Source: a phage. Taken from it: a DNA stretch of 64,000 bases. Location of the stretch: the sequence record PZ402305.1; one strand, given 5' to 3'. Position numbers and translations under genes: made by a program. The notes below the pieces were generated by a model. That model had not been told where the DNA came from. It made no database searches and saw only the letters and a list, made by a program, of their open reading frames with translations. How positions within the stretch are numbered: the stretch's first letter is position 1; each line of letters opens with the position of its first letter. Below, in pieces: positions 55,908 through 63,638 of the stretch.

Positions 55908-55925
55908 ACAGAAGAGAAACAAATC

Positions 55926-56096
55926 ATGATCCCGACTATGTTTTATGTATCGCGCAAAGGTCACAATATTTTTTGGTCTGAAGATTTAAATGAAGCTATG
56001 ACGTTTGCCCGTAATCGTGTTGCTATCGGTGGCGTTAACATCACCGTAACCGATGAAAATGGCATTGAATACTATAACGGCGACGATGAAGAATAA
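55926..56096 (+). CDS. early small protein (56 aa)
   Basis: ORF track start 55842 overlaps promoter; ATG at 55926 after agaagagaaac. Confidence 0.5.
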   Translation: MIPTMFYVSRKGHNIFWSEDLNEAMTFARNRVAIGGVNITVTDENGIEYYNGDDEE

Positions 56097-56101
56097 TTAA
56101 T

Positions 56102-56128
56102 GAGGCGGGGGGAGTATTCCCCGCCGTC
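56102..56128 (+). promoter_or_regulatory. promoter-less GC stem-loop (terminator/processing-site candidate)
   Basis: GAGGCGGGGGGAGTATTCCCCGCCGTC hairpin of the same type as the 5' stem-loops but without upstream TTGACA. Confidence 0.4.
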
Positions 56129-56174
56129 AATATGGCGGGGCAATAAGGCAACGCCCATTAATGAGGGTAAAATC

Positions 56175-56279
56175 ATGTTAGAGAAAATTTTCACGGTTGC
56201 AGTGGTTGGCCTGGCGTTATCGGTTGGAGTGGTTGCAACTATGGCTAACATGATCCTATCTTCCCACGGTATCGGTTAA
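56175..56279 (+). CDS. early hydrophobic micro-protein (34 aa)
   Basis: Not in ORF track; RBS gagggtaaa; MLEKIFTVAVVGLALSVGVVATMANMIL is a TM helix. Confidence 0.35.
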   Translation: MLEKIFTVAVVGLALSVGVVATMANMILSSHGIG

Positions 56280-56289
56280 GGTGAAACAA

Positions 56290-56505
56290 ATGATCACGAA
56301 CAAAACAGGCAAAACGGAATTTTTACGCGGCTTACAAGTTGGTAAGCCTGAGATCTGGCATTGCACGAAGTCCGCGCATAATGAAATGAAAGATTTCACC
56401 GCTACTTTACAACGTGTTAAAATATCTATTACACAGAAAAAAGCCTTGTTAGTAGTAGAAAACGAGATCCCACAAACTATTATTATTGTCGAGCGTACAG
56501 CATGA
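56290..56505 (+). CDS. early small protein (71 aa)
   Basis: ATG at 56290 after taaggtg (ORF track GTG 56281). Confidence 0.5.
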   Translation: MITNKTGKTEFLRGLQVGKPEIWHCTKSAHNEMKDFTATLQRVKISITQKKALLVVENEIPQTIIIVERTA

Positions 56506-56888
56506 AAACAGAAATCATTATTGAAATCATCAACGGCTATAAAGAAGCTTTTATTTTTGCTGAATCAGCAAGGGATCATGAAGGTAATTTTATTGATAAC
56601 TTAGACGATTATGATTTTTCTCCTAGCGCGGACGAACGGATCGCCCAGGATGTAACAGCCTTTATTAATGCTAATCTTGCCGCTATCTCTGAGGCAATGA
56701 GCGACGGCGCAACAGCCAACCAGATCGGGAATGATTTACATTTTACCCGTAACAGTCACGGCGTAGGCTTTTGGGATCGCCCTGAAATATACACCACTAA
56801 CACGGCGAACCGCCTAACCAATGCAGCTAAGTTTATGCCGAACGTGTCGGCTTACATTGGTGAAGATAATTTGATTTATATTGAATAA
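56502..56888 (+). CDS. early protein (128 aa)
   Basis: 4-nt overlap with upstream gene. Confidence 0.55.
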   Translation: MKTEIIIEIINGYKEAFIFAESARDHEGNFIDNLDDYDFSPSADERIAQDVTAFINANLAAISEAMSDGATANQIGNDLHFTRNSHGVGFWDRPEIYTTNTANRLTNAAKFMPNVSAYIGEDNLIYIE

Positions 56889-56894
56889 AAAGTA

Positions 56895-56953
56895 TTGACA
56901 CAGATCGCCAGTGTGCTAATATTTACCACGTAGGGCGGCAATGGTGCCGCTCC
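56895..56953 (+). promoter_or_regulatory. early promoter P20 + 5' stem-loop
   Basis: TTGACA-17-TAATAT-ttac-CACGTAGGGCGGCAATGGTGCCGCTCC. Confidence 0.7.
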
Positions 56954-56971
56954 CCGAAAAAGGTAAACATT

Positions 56972-57163
56972 ATGGAAACCATCTCCTACCTGGAATCGAA
57001 TAACATGTTTTTTGCGCCCGTTGATGAAATCATCGAAGCATTAAACAACGAGGAAGGGATCAAAGGTTTATCTTATAGCCAACTTTTAGGAATGGTTGCA
57101 GCAAATGAAGAGCTTGCTTACTATGTTGAAAATTTTGATGAAGCTGTAATCTTTACAAAATAA
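56972..57163 (+). CDS. early small acidic protein (63 aa)
   Basis: RBS aaaaagg; follows P20. Confidence 0.55.
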   Translation: METISYLESNNMFFAPVDEIIEALNNEEGIKGLSYSQLLGMVAANEELAYYVENFDEAVIFTK

Positions 57164-57166
57164 TCC

Positions 57167-57223
57167 TTGATCTAATCTCTTAGATAACTTATATTTAATG
57201 CGTAGGGCGGCAATGGTGCCGCC
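57167..57223 (+). promoter_or_regulatory. early promoter P21 + 5' stem-loop
   Basis: TTGATC-...-TATATT-taa-TGCGTAGGGCGGCAATGGTGCCGCC. Confidence 0.6.
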
Positions 57224-57241
57224 GATAATGAGGAAAGTAAA

Positions 57242-57541
57242 ATGGAAACTATCGCTATTGTTACCGTAGAAAAACTGGTTGTTGGTGATGTATTCGCGTT
57301 AATGGTGCCTAACAGCAGCAAACTGGGCGCTTATGAAGTAATGGATCATAAAAATGAATCATTTGGCGACGGTTGCACAATGGCGGTAAAATCTTTAAAG
57401 GATGGAATCATCCGCCAGGCTAACTGGCACAAAGGGAATCAAGTCGGTTTAATATCAGCTAATTTCTTGCCAGAAGAGCAAACGTTAGACCAACTATCAG
57501 GCGGTAAGACGTTAGCCGAGCTACTGGAAACAGCGATCTAA
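57242..57541 (+). CDS. early small protein (99 aa)
   Basis: RBS gaggaaag; follows P21. Confidence 0.6.
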   Translation: METIAIVTVEKLVVGDVFALMVPNSSKLGAYEVMDHKNESFGDGCTMAVKSLKDGIIRQANWHKGNQVGLISANFLPEEQTLDQLSGGKTLAELLETAI

Positions 57542-57549
57542 TCAACAAA

Positions 57550-57565
57550 GGGGCGGCAACGCCCC
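57550..57565 (+). promoter_or_regulatory. promoter-less GC stem-loop
   Basis: GGGGCGgcaaCGCCCC perfect hairpin between genes, no T-run. Confidence 0.4.
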
Positions 57566-57585
57566 ACATCAGAAAGGAAAAGATT

Positions 57586-57822
57586 ATGAGTATTGCAACA
57601 GTATTAAACGCCGTTAAAACCGCTGAATCATCCGGCTTGCATGTTGAGCTTATAGATCAACCAGGTGGCGATCTCCTTGTCCAGGTTTACCCGCCGAAAG
57701 TAGGGGATGATCATTATTGGTGCTATTCTGATACGTTCGAACAAGTAGACACGAAAGCGATCACGGCTTTTATTTTAAAAGCTATTGAAGAAAATAACTT
57801 TCATTATAACATCAATCAATAA
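57586..57822 (+). CDS. early small protein (78 aa)
   Basis: RBS aaaggaaaag. Confidence 0.55.
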   Translation: MSIATVLNAVKTAESSGLHVELIDQPGGDLLVQVYPPKVGDDHYWCYSDTFEQVDTKAITAFILKAIEENNFHYNINQ

Positions 57823-57879
57823 ACTTTAAGCAGGGGGCGGTAACGCCCTATTAAACGCAATAGGAAGAGGATAGAAAGC

Positions 57880-58170
57880 ATGAAAAAGATGATCGCAGTA
57901 GTTGCCCTGGTTGTTGGTATTAACGCGCCTGTAATGGCTAATGATTTGCCTGAATCCATCGCGTTAACCGATATCAACGCGGTAAACCGGATCGGCGTTA
58001 ATTATCGCCTATGCCTTGCCGCTAAAACTTTCCAGGACGGCACGACAGAATACCACGGATTCGAGGGTGTCCGGTGCGGTGAGCTTGCACGCGACCTTAA
58101 GGAAGATCCAGACCTTGAGGCCATACCGATGACCGTAAACGGTAAAGCTTACGTAAACCGCCAACAATGA
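57880..58170 (+). CDS. early secreted small protein (96 aa)
   Basis: Signal peptide MKKMIAVVALVVGINAPVMA; RBS aggaagagg. Confidence 0.55.
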   Translation: MKKMIAVVALVVGINAPVMANDLPESIALTDINAVNRIGVNYRLCLAAKTFQDGTTEYHGFEGVRCGELARDLKEDPDLEAIPMTVNGKAYVNRQQ

Positions 58171-58181
58171 GAAAGGTAATC

Positions 58182-58409
58182 ATGACAATGGGGATCATAG
58201 TAGCAACGCTGGCGCTGATCCCCTTCCTGGTTGAATATGTGCTGATTAGTGTTGTCCTGGTAGTCAGTGACTTATTGGAAACGGTTGGCACCTGGGAGCA
58301 GGGGAAGATAATCACCGGACGACCCCGCTATATATTGATAGCTAACATCTATCAAACAACAAAACATCAAAGAGATAAACTATCAAATCTTTACAATCCT
58401 ACCTATTGA
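58182..58409 (+). CDS. early small membrane protein (75 aa)
   Basis: ATG at 58182 after gagaaagg (ORF track 58167); two hydrophobic helices. Confidence 0.45.
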   Translation: MTMGIIVATLALIPFLVEYVLISVVLVVSDLLETVGTWEQGKIITGRPRYILIANIYQTTKHQRDKLSNLYNPTY

Positions 58410-58464
58410 CACCGGATCACGCTTACATTATCATTTATCACGTAGGGCGGGAATGTTTCCCGCC
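58406..58464 (+). promoter_or_regulatory. early promoter P22 + 5' stem-loop
   Basis: TTGACA-...-CATTAT-...-CACGTAGGGCGGGAATGTTTCCCGCC. Confidence 0.65.
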
Positions 58465-58482
58465 TGATTTAGGAGTCATATC

Positions 58483-58716
58483 ATGATCGAACAAATTAAA
58501 AGCACTAAACCAAATGTTAACGGTAATGTTTCTCACTTTATCGGGGATAATGAAAGAGGTACACCGTACGCCGCCGTAACCGTTCAACCGAACGGGGATT
58601 ATTGGTTTACCGTGTACGGATCTTACTCTTTTGGACGTTCGGCACATGATAAGATCTTGCAAGTGGTTAAGCCTACTGGGAAGAATATCACAGCAGAAAA
58701 ATTTTATAAAAAATAA
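58483..58716 (+). CDS. early small protein (77 aa)
   Basis: RBS taggag; follows P22. Confidence 0.6.
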   Translation: MIEQIKSTKPNVNGNVSHFIGDNERGTPYAAVTVQPNGDYWFTVYGSYSFGRSAHDKILQVVKPTGKNITAEKFYKK

Positions 58717-58727
58717 CTTGCTTTATA

Positions 58728-58777
58728 GCTCCTGTTAACTTATAGTTATTGCGTAGGGCGAGCAATACAGCAAGCCC
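58728..58777 (+). promoter_or_regulatory. early promoter P23 + variant 5' stem-loop
   Basis: TTGCTT-...-TATAGT-tatt-GCGTAGGGCGAGCAATACAGCAAGCCC. Confidence 0.5.
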
Positions 58778-58794
58778 ACAAAGAGGAAAAGAAG

Positions 58795-59163
58795 ATGAGC
58801 AAATCAGCAATTAAAGCACTTGAAAAAGCACAAGAAGTGATCGCAACGTCAACCACTGGCGCAAAGGTTAATCTCGTTGGTTATCTGACAGATGAAACTA
58901 TCCGTAAAAATTGGCGTAATGCTGATTTACTGGCTTGCTTATTGATTAATAGTGTCGCTAATGCTTTCCAGTGTGAAACAGCCGAGAGCCTGGAGGAAAA
59001 CTTGTTTGATAATATGGATCAAGCCATTGAAACCTATATACAATCAAACATGGATAGCTGGAACAGTAAAACATGGCCCGACAATTTACGCGATACAACT
59101 GATCAACTGATCCGCCTTGCCTTGATGGTTGAACGCGATAACGTTCACAACCGCACAAAGTAA
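58795..59163 (+). CDS. early protein (122 aa)
   Basis: RBS aagaggaaaag; last gene of block. Confidence 0.6.
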   Translation: MSKSAIKALEKAQEVIATSTTGAKVNLVGYLTDETIRKNWRNADLLACLLINSVANAFQCETAESLEENLFDNMDQAIETYIQSNMDSWNSKTWPDNLRDTTDQLIRLALMVERDNVHNRTK

Positions 59164-59171
59164 GATTATAC

Positions 59172-59200
59172 AAGGGGCGCACCAAGCGCCCTTTCTTTTT
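59172..59200 (+). terminator. rho-independent terminator (copy 2)
   Basis: aaGGGGCGCaccaaGCGCCCtttcttttt; same core as 54087-54114. Confidence 0.8.
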
Positions 59201-60273
59201 GCCCGAATAATGTTGATAGATTCCGCCTATGGAAAACCGACACAGAACAAAACTGAATAAATAGCGGTATCGAGCTAATCAACCATTAAACGAATAACCA
59301 TACCTCCCAGGGTAACAGGCTGTTAGAGAGCCATTTAGAGCGGTTAAAATCGATCAACAACCAACAAAAAACCATCAAAAACACCCTTTTACCTCCTTTC
59401 TAGTGCAATGATAACCATTATCATCTATCCATGTTTATCTATGCAATATAAGTGCATAACTATAATGTTGATAATAGTTCGCAACAACTAACTAACCAAC
59501 AACCTAAAACAATAAGCAAACTAATCATAATCAAAGGAATAATAGCAAGATGATTGATAACGACAAACAATCAAACCATGATGAATACTAAGCAAGATAA
59601 CGATAACACGACAAAACAACCAACTAACGAACAATAACAAACGAAACCATTAAAATAATAACTATTAGCAAAATAGTGCCTGAATGAAATCATTACAAAA
59701 CGAATCATTCACAGGATCATCATTAGCACGCTATGCCGGACACATAGCGAGCTAATAATAAGCCAACTACACCCCAACAATCATAACCATCGGTGATGGT
59801 TATTTCTTGTTACTGCGTAGCTTGCAATAATTGCAAGCGTAATACGCTTACACTTATTGCGCTGGCTTATTATTAGCATTATATGTAATTACCAAGATCA
59901 TAACATTAGCGCAATAACAATAATCATTGTGGTAATTACAAGATGAAATAATCGCTATCGCTCAAAGATCATTAGCAAGATGAATAATTGCACGTAGCAA
60001 CATGAGCGAATAGCGACAGGTTGCATAGTGTGCACATAGATGTACACGTAGTGTATAAACATACAGGAAAATAAAGGCTAATCTTTTGGGGGCGAATACT
60101 ATCGCGTAGCGATATGTTGAGCACTAAGAGAAGAGATAAACCTTAATCATGGGGGCGTAAATATCCGCAGGATTGCCAACGGCGATCCGGTAGGATGTTG
60201 AGCATCTTCTCTTAAACGTAAATAAAATCAGAAAATTCTTGATTTATTTTAGTTTTTATGTTAATAAACGTTT

Positions 60274-60295
60274 AAATAATAATCATTCTCATATG
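60274..60295. promoter_or_regulatory. Fur-box-like near-palindrome C
   Basis: AAATAATAATCATTCTCATATG; shares ATAATCATTCTCAT core with box B at 48084. Confidence 0.35.
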
Positions 60296-60452
60296 AATAA
60301 TAGTCTGCTTGTCATGAGCGGGATCAGTTGACAATGTTCCGTCATATGATGAAGTTGCCAAACCATTGATAAATAAGTGTTTGTGTGATTTATAATCAAG
60401 TGGCCCACCTTGTCGCTATGTTGGCATGAGCCTTGCATAAGTCATTGAATAC

Positions 60453-60478
60453 GAATGATAATTATTCTCATTCGCATG
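60453..60478. promoter_or_regulatory. Fur-box-like near-palindrome D
   Basis: GAATGATAATTATTCTCATTCGCATG; shares GATAAT..ATTCGCAT with box A at 48025. Confidence 0.35.
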
Positions 60479-60813
60479 ATATTTGAGAATTGTCGCTGCG
60501 TGGACCTGACGGCCCGAAAATTCGCGTTAAGCACTTCTTACGTATGCGCCATGATTTTTGCCATATGATATTGATTCTATTAGATATTCTTGCCATGATT
60601 GCCATGAAACAGGGTGTCCCGAAATAATCTCTCCCCGTAGATATTTTGGGTTACTTTTTATACAAGAGTGGGGTGTCAAAAATAATCGGTATATATGGGA
60701 TAATTGATAGGAATCCCCTATGATAATTCGATTGTAATTCCCTGAGATTGATCGTATGATGTTGGTGATTGATGATTGCCATGAAAGATGGCTAACAATG
60801 AGAGGAGATTATC

Positions 60814-61158
60814 ATGCAAGAGAGTAAAAATGTTCCGTTGAGTAGTTTACGTCTAATGAAGTTTTACAAAGCTTGGCTTGCTGGTGAGGTAGAAGGTCAC
60901 ACAACGAGTGGTTTGTGCATATGTTTGATTAAGTATGTAGAGGGAACATATCCTGATGAACTGTTACCTCGTCTACAACAGGAGATGAAATCACAGTTTA
61001 TTGGTGCAGGACTGGATTACAATTTCCCGTTTAATGAAGGTGGTTATGAGGAATACACCTTCGAACATAAAAAACATATTTGCCATAAAAACAAACATCG
61101 TATACAATGGGTGCTAGATAGAATTCAAGATTACGAAGGAGAGAAAAATGACAAATAG
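60814..61158 (+). CDS. hypothetical protein, tandem paralog 1
   Basis: RBS gagaggag; shares (F/L)YKAW(L/I)A...TTSGLC.CL..YV......R....(M/K).QF..AGLDYN.PFN...........H.N..R(I/L)QWV.DRI(Q/E)D with next gene. Confidence 0.55.
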   Translation: MQESKNVPLSSLRLMKFYKAWLAGEVEGHTTSGLCICLIKYVEGTYPDELLPRLQQEMKSQFIGAGLDYNFPFNEGGYEEYTFEHKKHICHKNKHRIQWVLDRIQDYEGEKNDK

Positions 61159-61516
61159 TATTCCGTTGAGCAGTGCAACATTGCTTCGCTTCTATAAAGC
61201 ATGGATTGCCAACTATCCTGCAATGAATCGCACAACGAGTGGCTTATGTGGTTGTCTGGTAGATTATGTAAATGATTTTGTTGGTGAGACAACCAGAGAA
61301 GAAGATAGAAGATGGCGGGATAGTTTGTTGGACCGTTTGAAATATGAAATGAGGAAACAATTTACATGTGCAGGGCTGGACTACAATCTTCCGTTCAATA
61401 CAGATTGCATGGATTACCTTTCAGAGTGTATAAACTTGGCGTGTCATACCAACACGTTACGTCTTCAATGGGTGAAAGACAGAATTGAAGATGCAAATAA
61501 TGCTTGCATTGAATAA
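61148..61516 (+). CDS. hypothetical protein, tandem paralog 2
   Basis: Paralog of 60814..61158. Confidence 0.55.
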   Translation: MTNSIPLSSATLLRFYKAWIANYPAMNRTTSGLCGCLVDYVNDFVGETTREEDRRWRDSLLDRLKYEMRKQFTCAGLDYNLPFNTDCMDYLSECINLACHTNTLRLQWVKDRIEDANNACIE

Positions 61517-61566
61517 AGATGTTTGTATAATGGATGACATAACAGATAGCCAATGAGGAGATTGAA

Positions 61567-61776
61567 ATGTCAAATATGAAAACTGTATCCTTGTATTTAG
61601 CTAACACGGATCGTGTGCACACCCTTGCTAATGCAAGTCGTGTACTCGTGCAGTTCCGAAACTTTGCACCGTCCGTTGTGACAGGCAGTGAAACGTGTGT
61701 TATCGATTTCATTAACGAATACTTCCGAGGGAATCCGGTTGGTCGTTATTTCATTAAGGGTCTGAAGGATGCATAA
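61567..61776 (+). CDS. hypothetical protein
   Basis: 69 aa ORF, RBS gaggag. Confidence 0.5.
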   Translation: MSNMKTVSLYLANTDRVHTLANASRVLVQFRNFAPSVVTGSETCVIDFINEYFRGNPVGRYFIKGLKDA

Positions 61777-61777
61777 T

Positions 61778-61999
61778 ATGAAACGCATGAAAATTCGTAT
61801 TGAGAATGATGGTGGTTATAAAGGATTGGCACATGCAAAATTTCCACTTGTGCTGGAAGCTACGGTGGAATACAGTGGGCTTGCTCATGTGCGATTCTCG
61901 AAGATGATGGAAGTGCAGGAATGGTTTTGGGACGAGATAGATGCACGAGAAGGGGAAGATTATGTTTTCTTTCCTCACGAATATGAAATTGTTTATTAA
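61778..61999 (+). CDS. hypothetical protein
   Basis: ATG at 61778 just after upstream stop (ORF track 61769 overlaps). Confidence 0.45.
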   Translation: MKRMKIRIENDGGYKGLAHAKFPLVLEATVEYSGLAHVRFSKMMEVQEWFWDEIDAREGEDYVFFPHEYEIVY

Positions 62000-62002
62000 A
62001 GG

Positions 62003-62251
62003 TTGTGTGCAATGATCACACCACAACAGAATGAAGCAGCAATGGATCTTCTTGACAGTTTGTATTTCGATAATTGGTACTCTGAATGTGAATGGATGAA
62101 TATGCAAACTCTGAAAGAGAAGACAAAAGCGTTGATTACAGTAGATCAATTTCTTACAGAGACGGAAAGAATGAATTATGATATGGCATCTCGCGCACGA
62201 CGCGTTTCCATTTTCAATAAAATGTTAGCATTATGGGGAGGTAGAAAATGA
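62003..62251 (+). CDS. hypothetical protein
   Basis: 82 aa ORF. Confidence 0.45.
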   Translation: MCAMITPQQNEAAMDLLDSLYFDNWYSECEWMNMQTLKEKTKALITVDQFLTETERMNYDMASRARRVSIFNKMLALWGGRK

Positions 62252-62709
62252 GACAACCATCTATACTGGAAGCGCATGTGCAATGTGTTGTAGATTATGT
62301 CAAAGAACACTCAAGTTTGTTGAATGTAACCTGTGCAGTGCAAAACGATGTAGGTATTGTCTGTGTGCAACATATCTTATCTGAAACTCGTTATGAAGTA
62401 TTTCGTGCCACGTTGTTTGGATGTGATCGAGTGCATGTAAACTTCCTGGACTCCAATTATCGTTATGCTTTAGAAAATATTGATGATTATCTTCCTTGCT
62501 CTCCGACAGGATATGTAATGGTAACAGCAAACGAAGTAACACCGAGCAACAGTGAACAGGAAGCTTTGTTACGGAAGAAAATACGCCAACTGCAAGTGTT
62601 GAATGAACTGAAAGAAGAGATTGAAAAAGAACTAAAAGAAGATTTTGGTATGCTTCCAAAAGACGCTTTGAAATGGTATGATGAGTTAGGAGGAGAGAAC
62701 AATGTTTAA
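62248..62709 (+). CDS. hypothetical protein
   Basis: 153 aa ORF, 4-nt overlap with upstream gene, RBS ggggagg. Confidence 0.5.
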   Translation: MRQPSILEAHVQCVVDYVKEHSSLLNVTCAVQNDVGIVCVQHILSETRYEVFRATLFGCDRVHVNFLDSNYRYALENIDDYLPCSPTGYVMVTANEVTPSNSEQEALLRKKIRQLQVLNELKEEIEKELKEDFGMLPKDALKWYDELGGENNV

Positions 62710-63160
62710 AGAAGGTCATGTCTACCGTTTCCAGGATGAGGATTATATGCGATTATATTCTACCTTTGATAACAGTATTGCTGCTATCATTGGAGAGAAT
62801 TTTTTCGAGGTGTTGAGCACTGATGCAAATGGTAATATCTTGTCAATGGTTGTGATAGGTATGAGAGATGGTATTATCACTGCTAGTGATGGGGATCGTT
62901 ACATAATCAATTCTGCTCATATAGATTATTTTGTTGACGGTGGTATTCGTGGTGGTCGTGGAAAACCACAAGAAGAACCTGTTGATACAACAAAAGAAGA
63001 GTGGTATGTTGTAATGACTGATGACACCTGTATTTCTGGATTTGAAAGTTATGAAGAAGCTTTGAAAGAGGCAGCAGAGCATAAAATGTCTAATCCTACA
63101 GAAGAGGTTGAAGTTTATAAACGTTTGGTTGTTGCTACCATCGGCGTATCTTTTGTTTAA
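62702..63160 (+). CDS. hypothetical protein
   Basis: 152 aa ORF, RBS ggaggag. Confidence 0.5.
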   Translation: MFKEGHVYRFQDEDYMRLYSTFDNSIAAIIGENFFEVLSTDANGNILSMVVIGMRDGIITASDGDRYIINSAHIDYFVDGGIRGGRGKPQEEPVDTTKEEWYVVMTDDTCISGFESYEEALKEAAEHKMSNPTEEVEVYKRLVVATIGVSFV

Positions 63161-63173
63161 AAAGGGGAATGTT

Positions 63174-63611
63174 ATGTTTAAAGTTAATGCTGTTTATTGT
63201 TTCAAAAGTAAAGCTGCCTGTGAAGCTTTCTCTATGATCTCTGATGAAAATTTCAAAATGGCAGCTTTGATTGAAGGGTCTTGTTTCCGCGTCGAGGATG
63301 TTAGTGAATCAGGGTCTGTTTGCTCATTGACTTTATTGGACAGCGGGGATATTATTGAAGCTGGACAGTATCCGTTCAGGAGTTGGGAGATATTGTTAGC
63401 TCGCGGAGAGCGTAACTTTTTTATGTGCGTGTCTGCGGGGGAAGTTGTGAAAGAAACTAAGGATGTTTCTGTTTACAATTCTGAATTTATAAGTTATAGT
63501 GAGTATCAACATCTGGAAGGCATTGTTGGTCACTTGTTATCTCTGATTGACATTGAATGTGACCTGCCTGAATCATTGAAAGAAGAGTTGAAAGCATTAG
63601 ATCTGCTGTAA
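63174..63611 (+). CDS. hypothetical protein
   Basis: ORF track start 63108 overlaps upstream gene; ATG at 63174 after aaaggggaa. Confidence 0.5.
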   Translation: MFKVNAVYCFKSKAACEAFSMISDENFKMAALIEGSCFRVEDVSESGSVCSLTLLDSGDIIEAGQYPFRSWEILLARGERNFFMCVSAGEVVKETKDVSVYNSEFISYSEYQHLEGIVGHLLSLIDIECDLPESLKEELKALDLL

Positions 63612-63638
63612 TGTTTCGCACAACGAAAGGAGAATAAG

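Larger units (their letters stand above)
59200..60810. other. ORF-free A-rich, strand-skewed region with nested palindromes and GATAAT-type repeats
   Basis: No ORF of 60 aa or more on either strand; plus strand visibly dominated by A and C over ~59.2-59.8 kb; perfect palindromes ttgcaataattgcaa and aagcgtaatacgctt near 59.83-59.87 kb; repeated gattgccatgaaa and gggtgtc..aaataatc near 60.6-60.8 kb. Confidence 0.6.

Noticed and set aside
48771-58777. CRISPR array, considered because GTAGGGCGGCAATGGTGCCGC recurs many times
   Set aside because: Copies are spaced irregularly (80-400 bp), separated by coding sequence, vary by compensatory changes, and each sits downstream of a promoter; not a regular repeat-spacer array.
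47560-60810. tRNA genes in the two non-coding regions
   Set aside because: No GTTCGAATC/GTTCAAATC-type T-arm with matching acceptor stem and CCA context found by eye; cannot exclude divergent tRNAs without a covariance-model scan.
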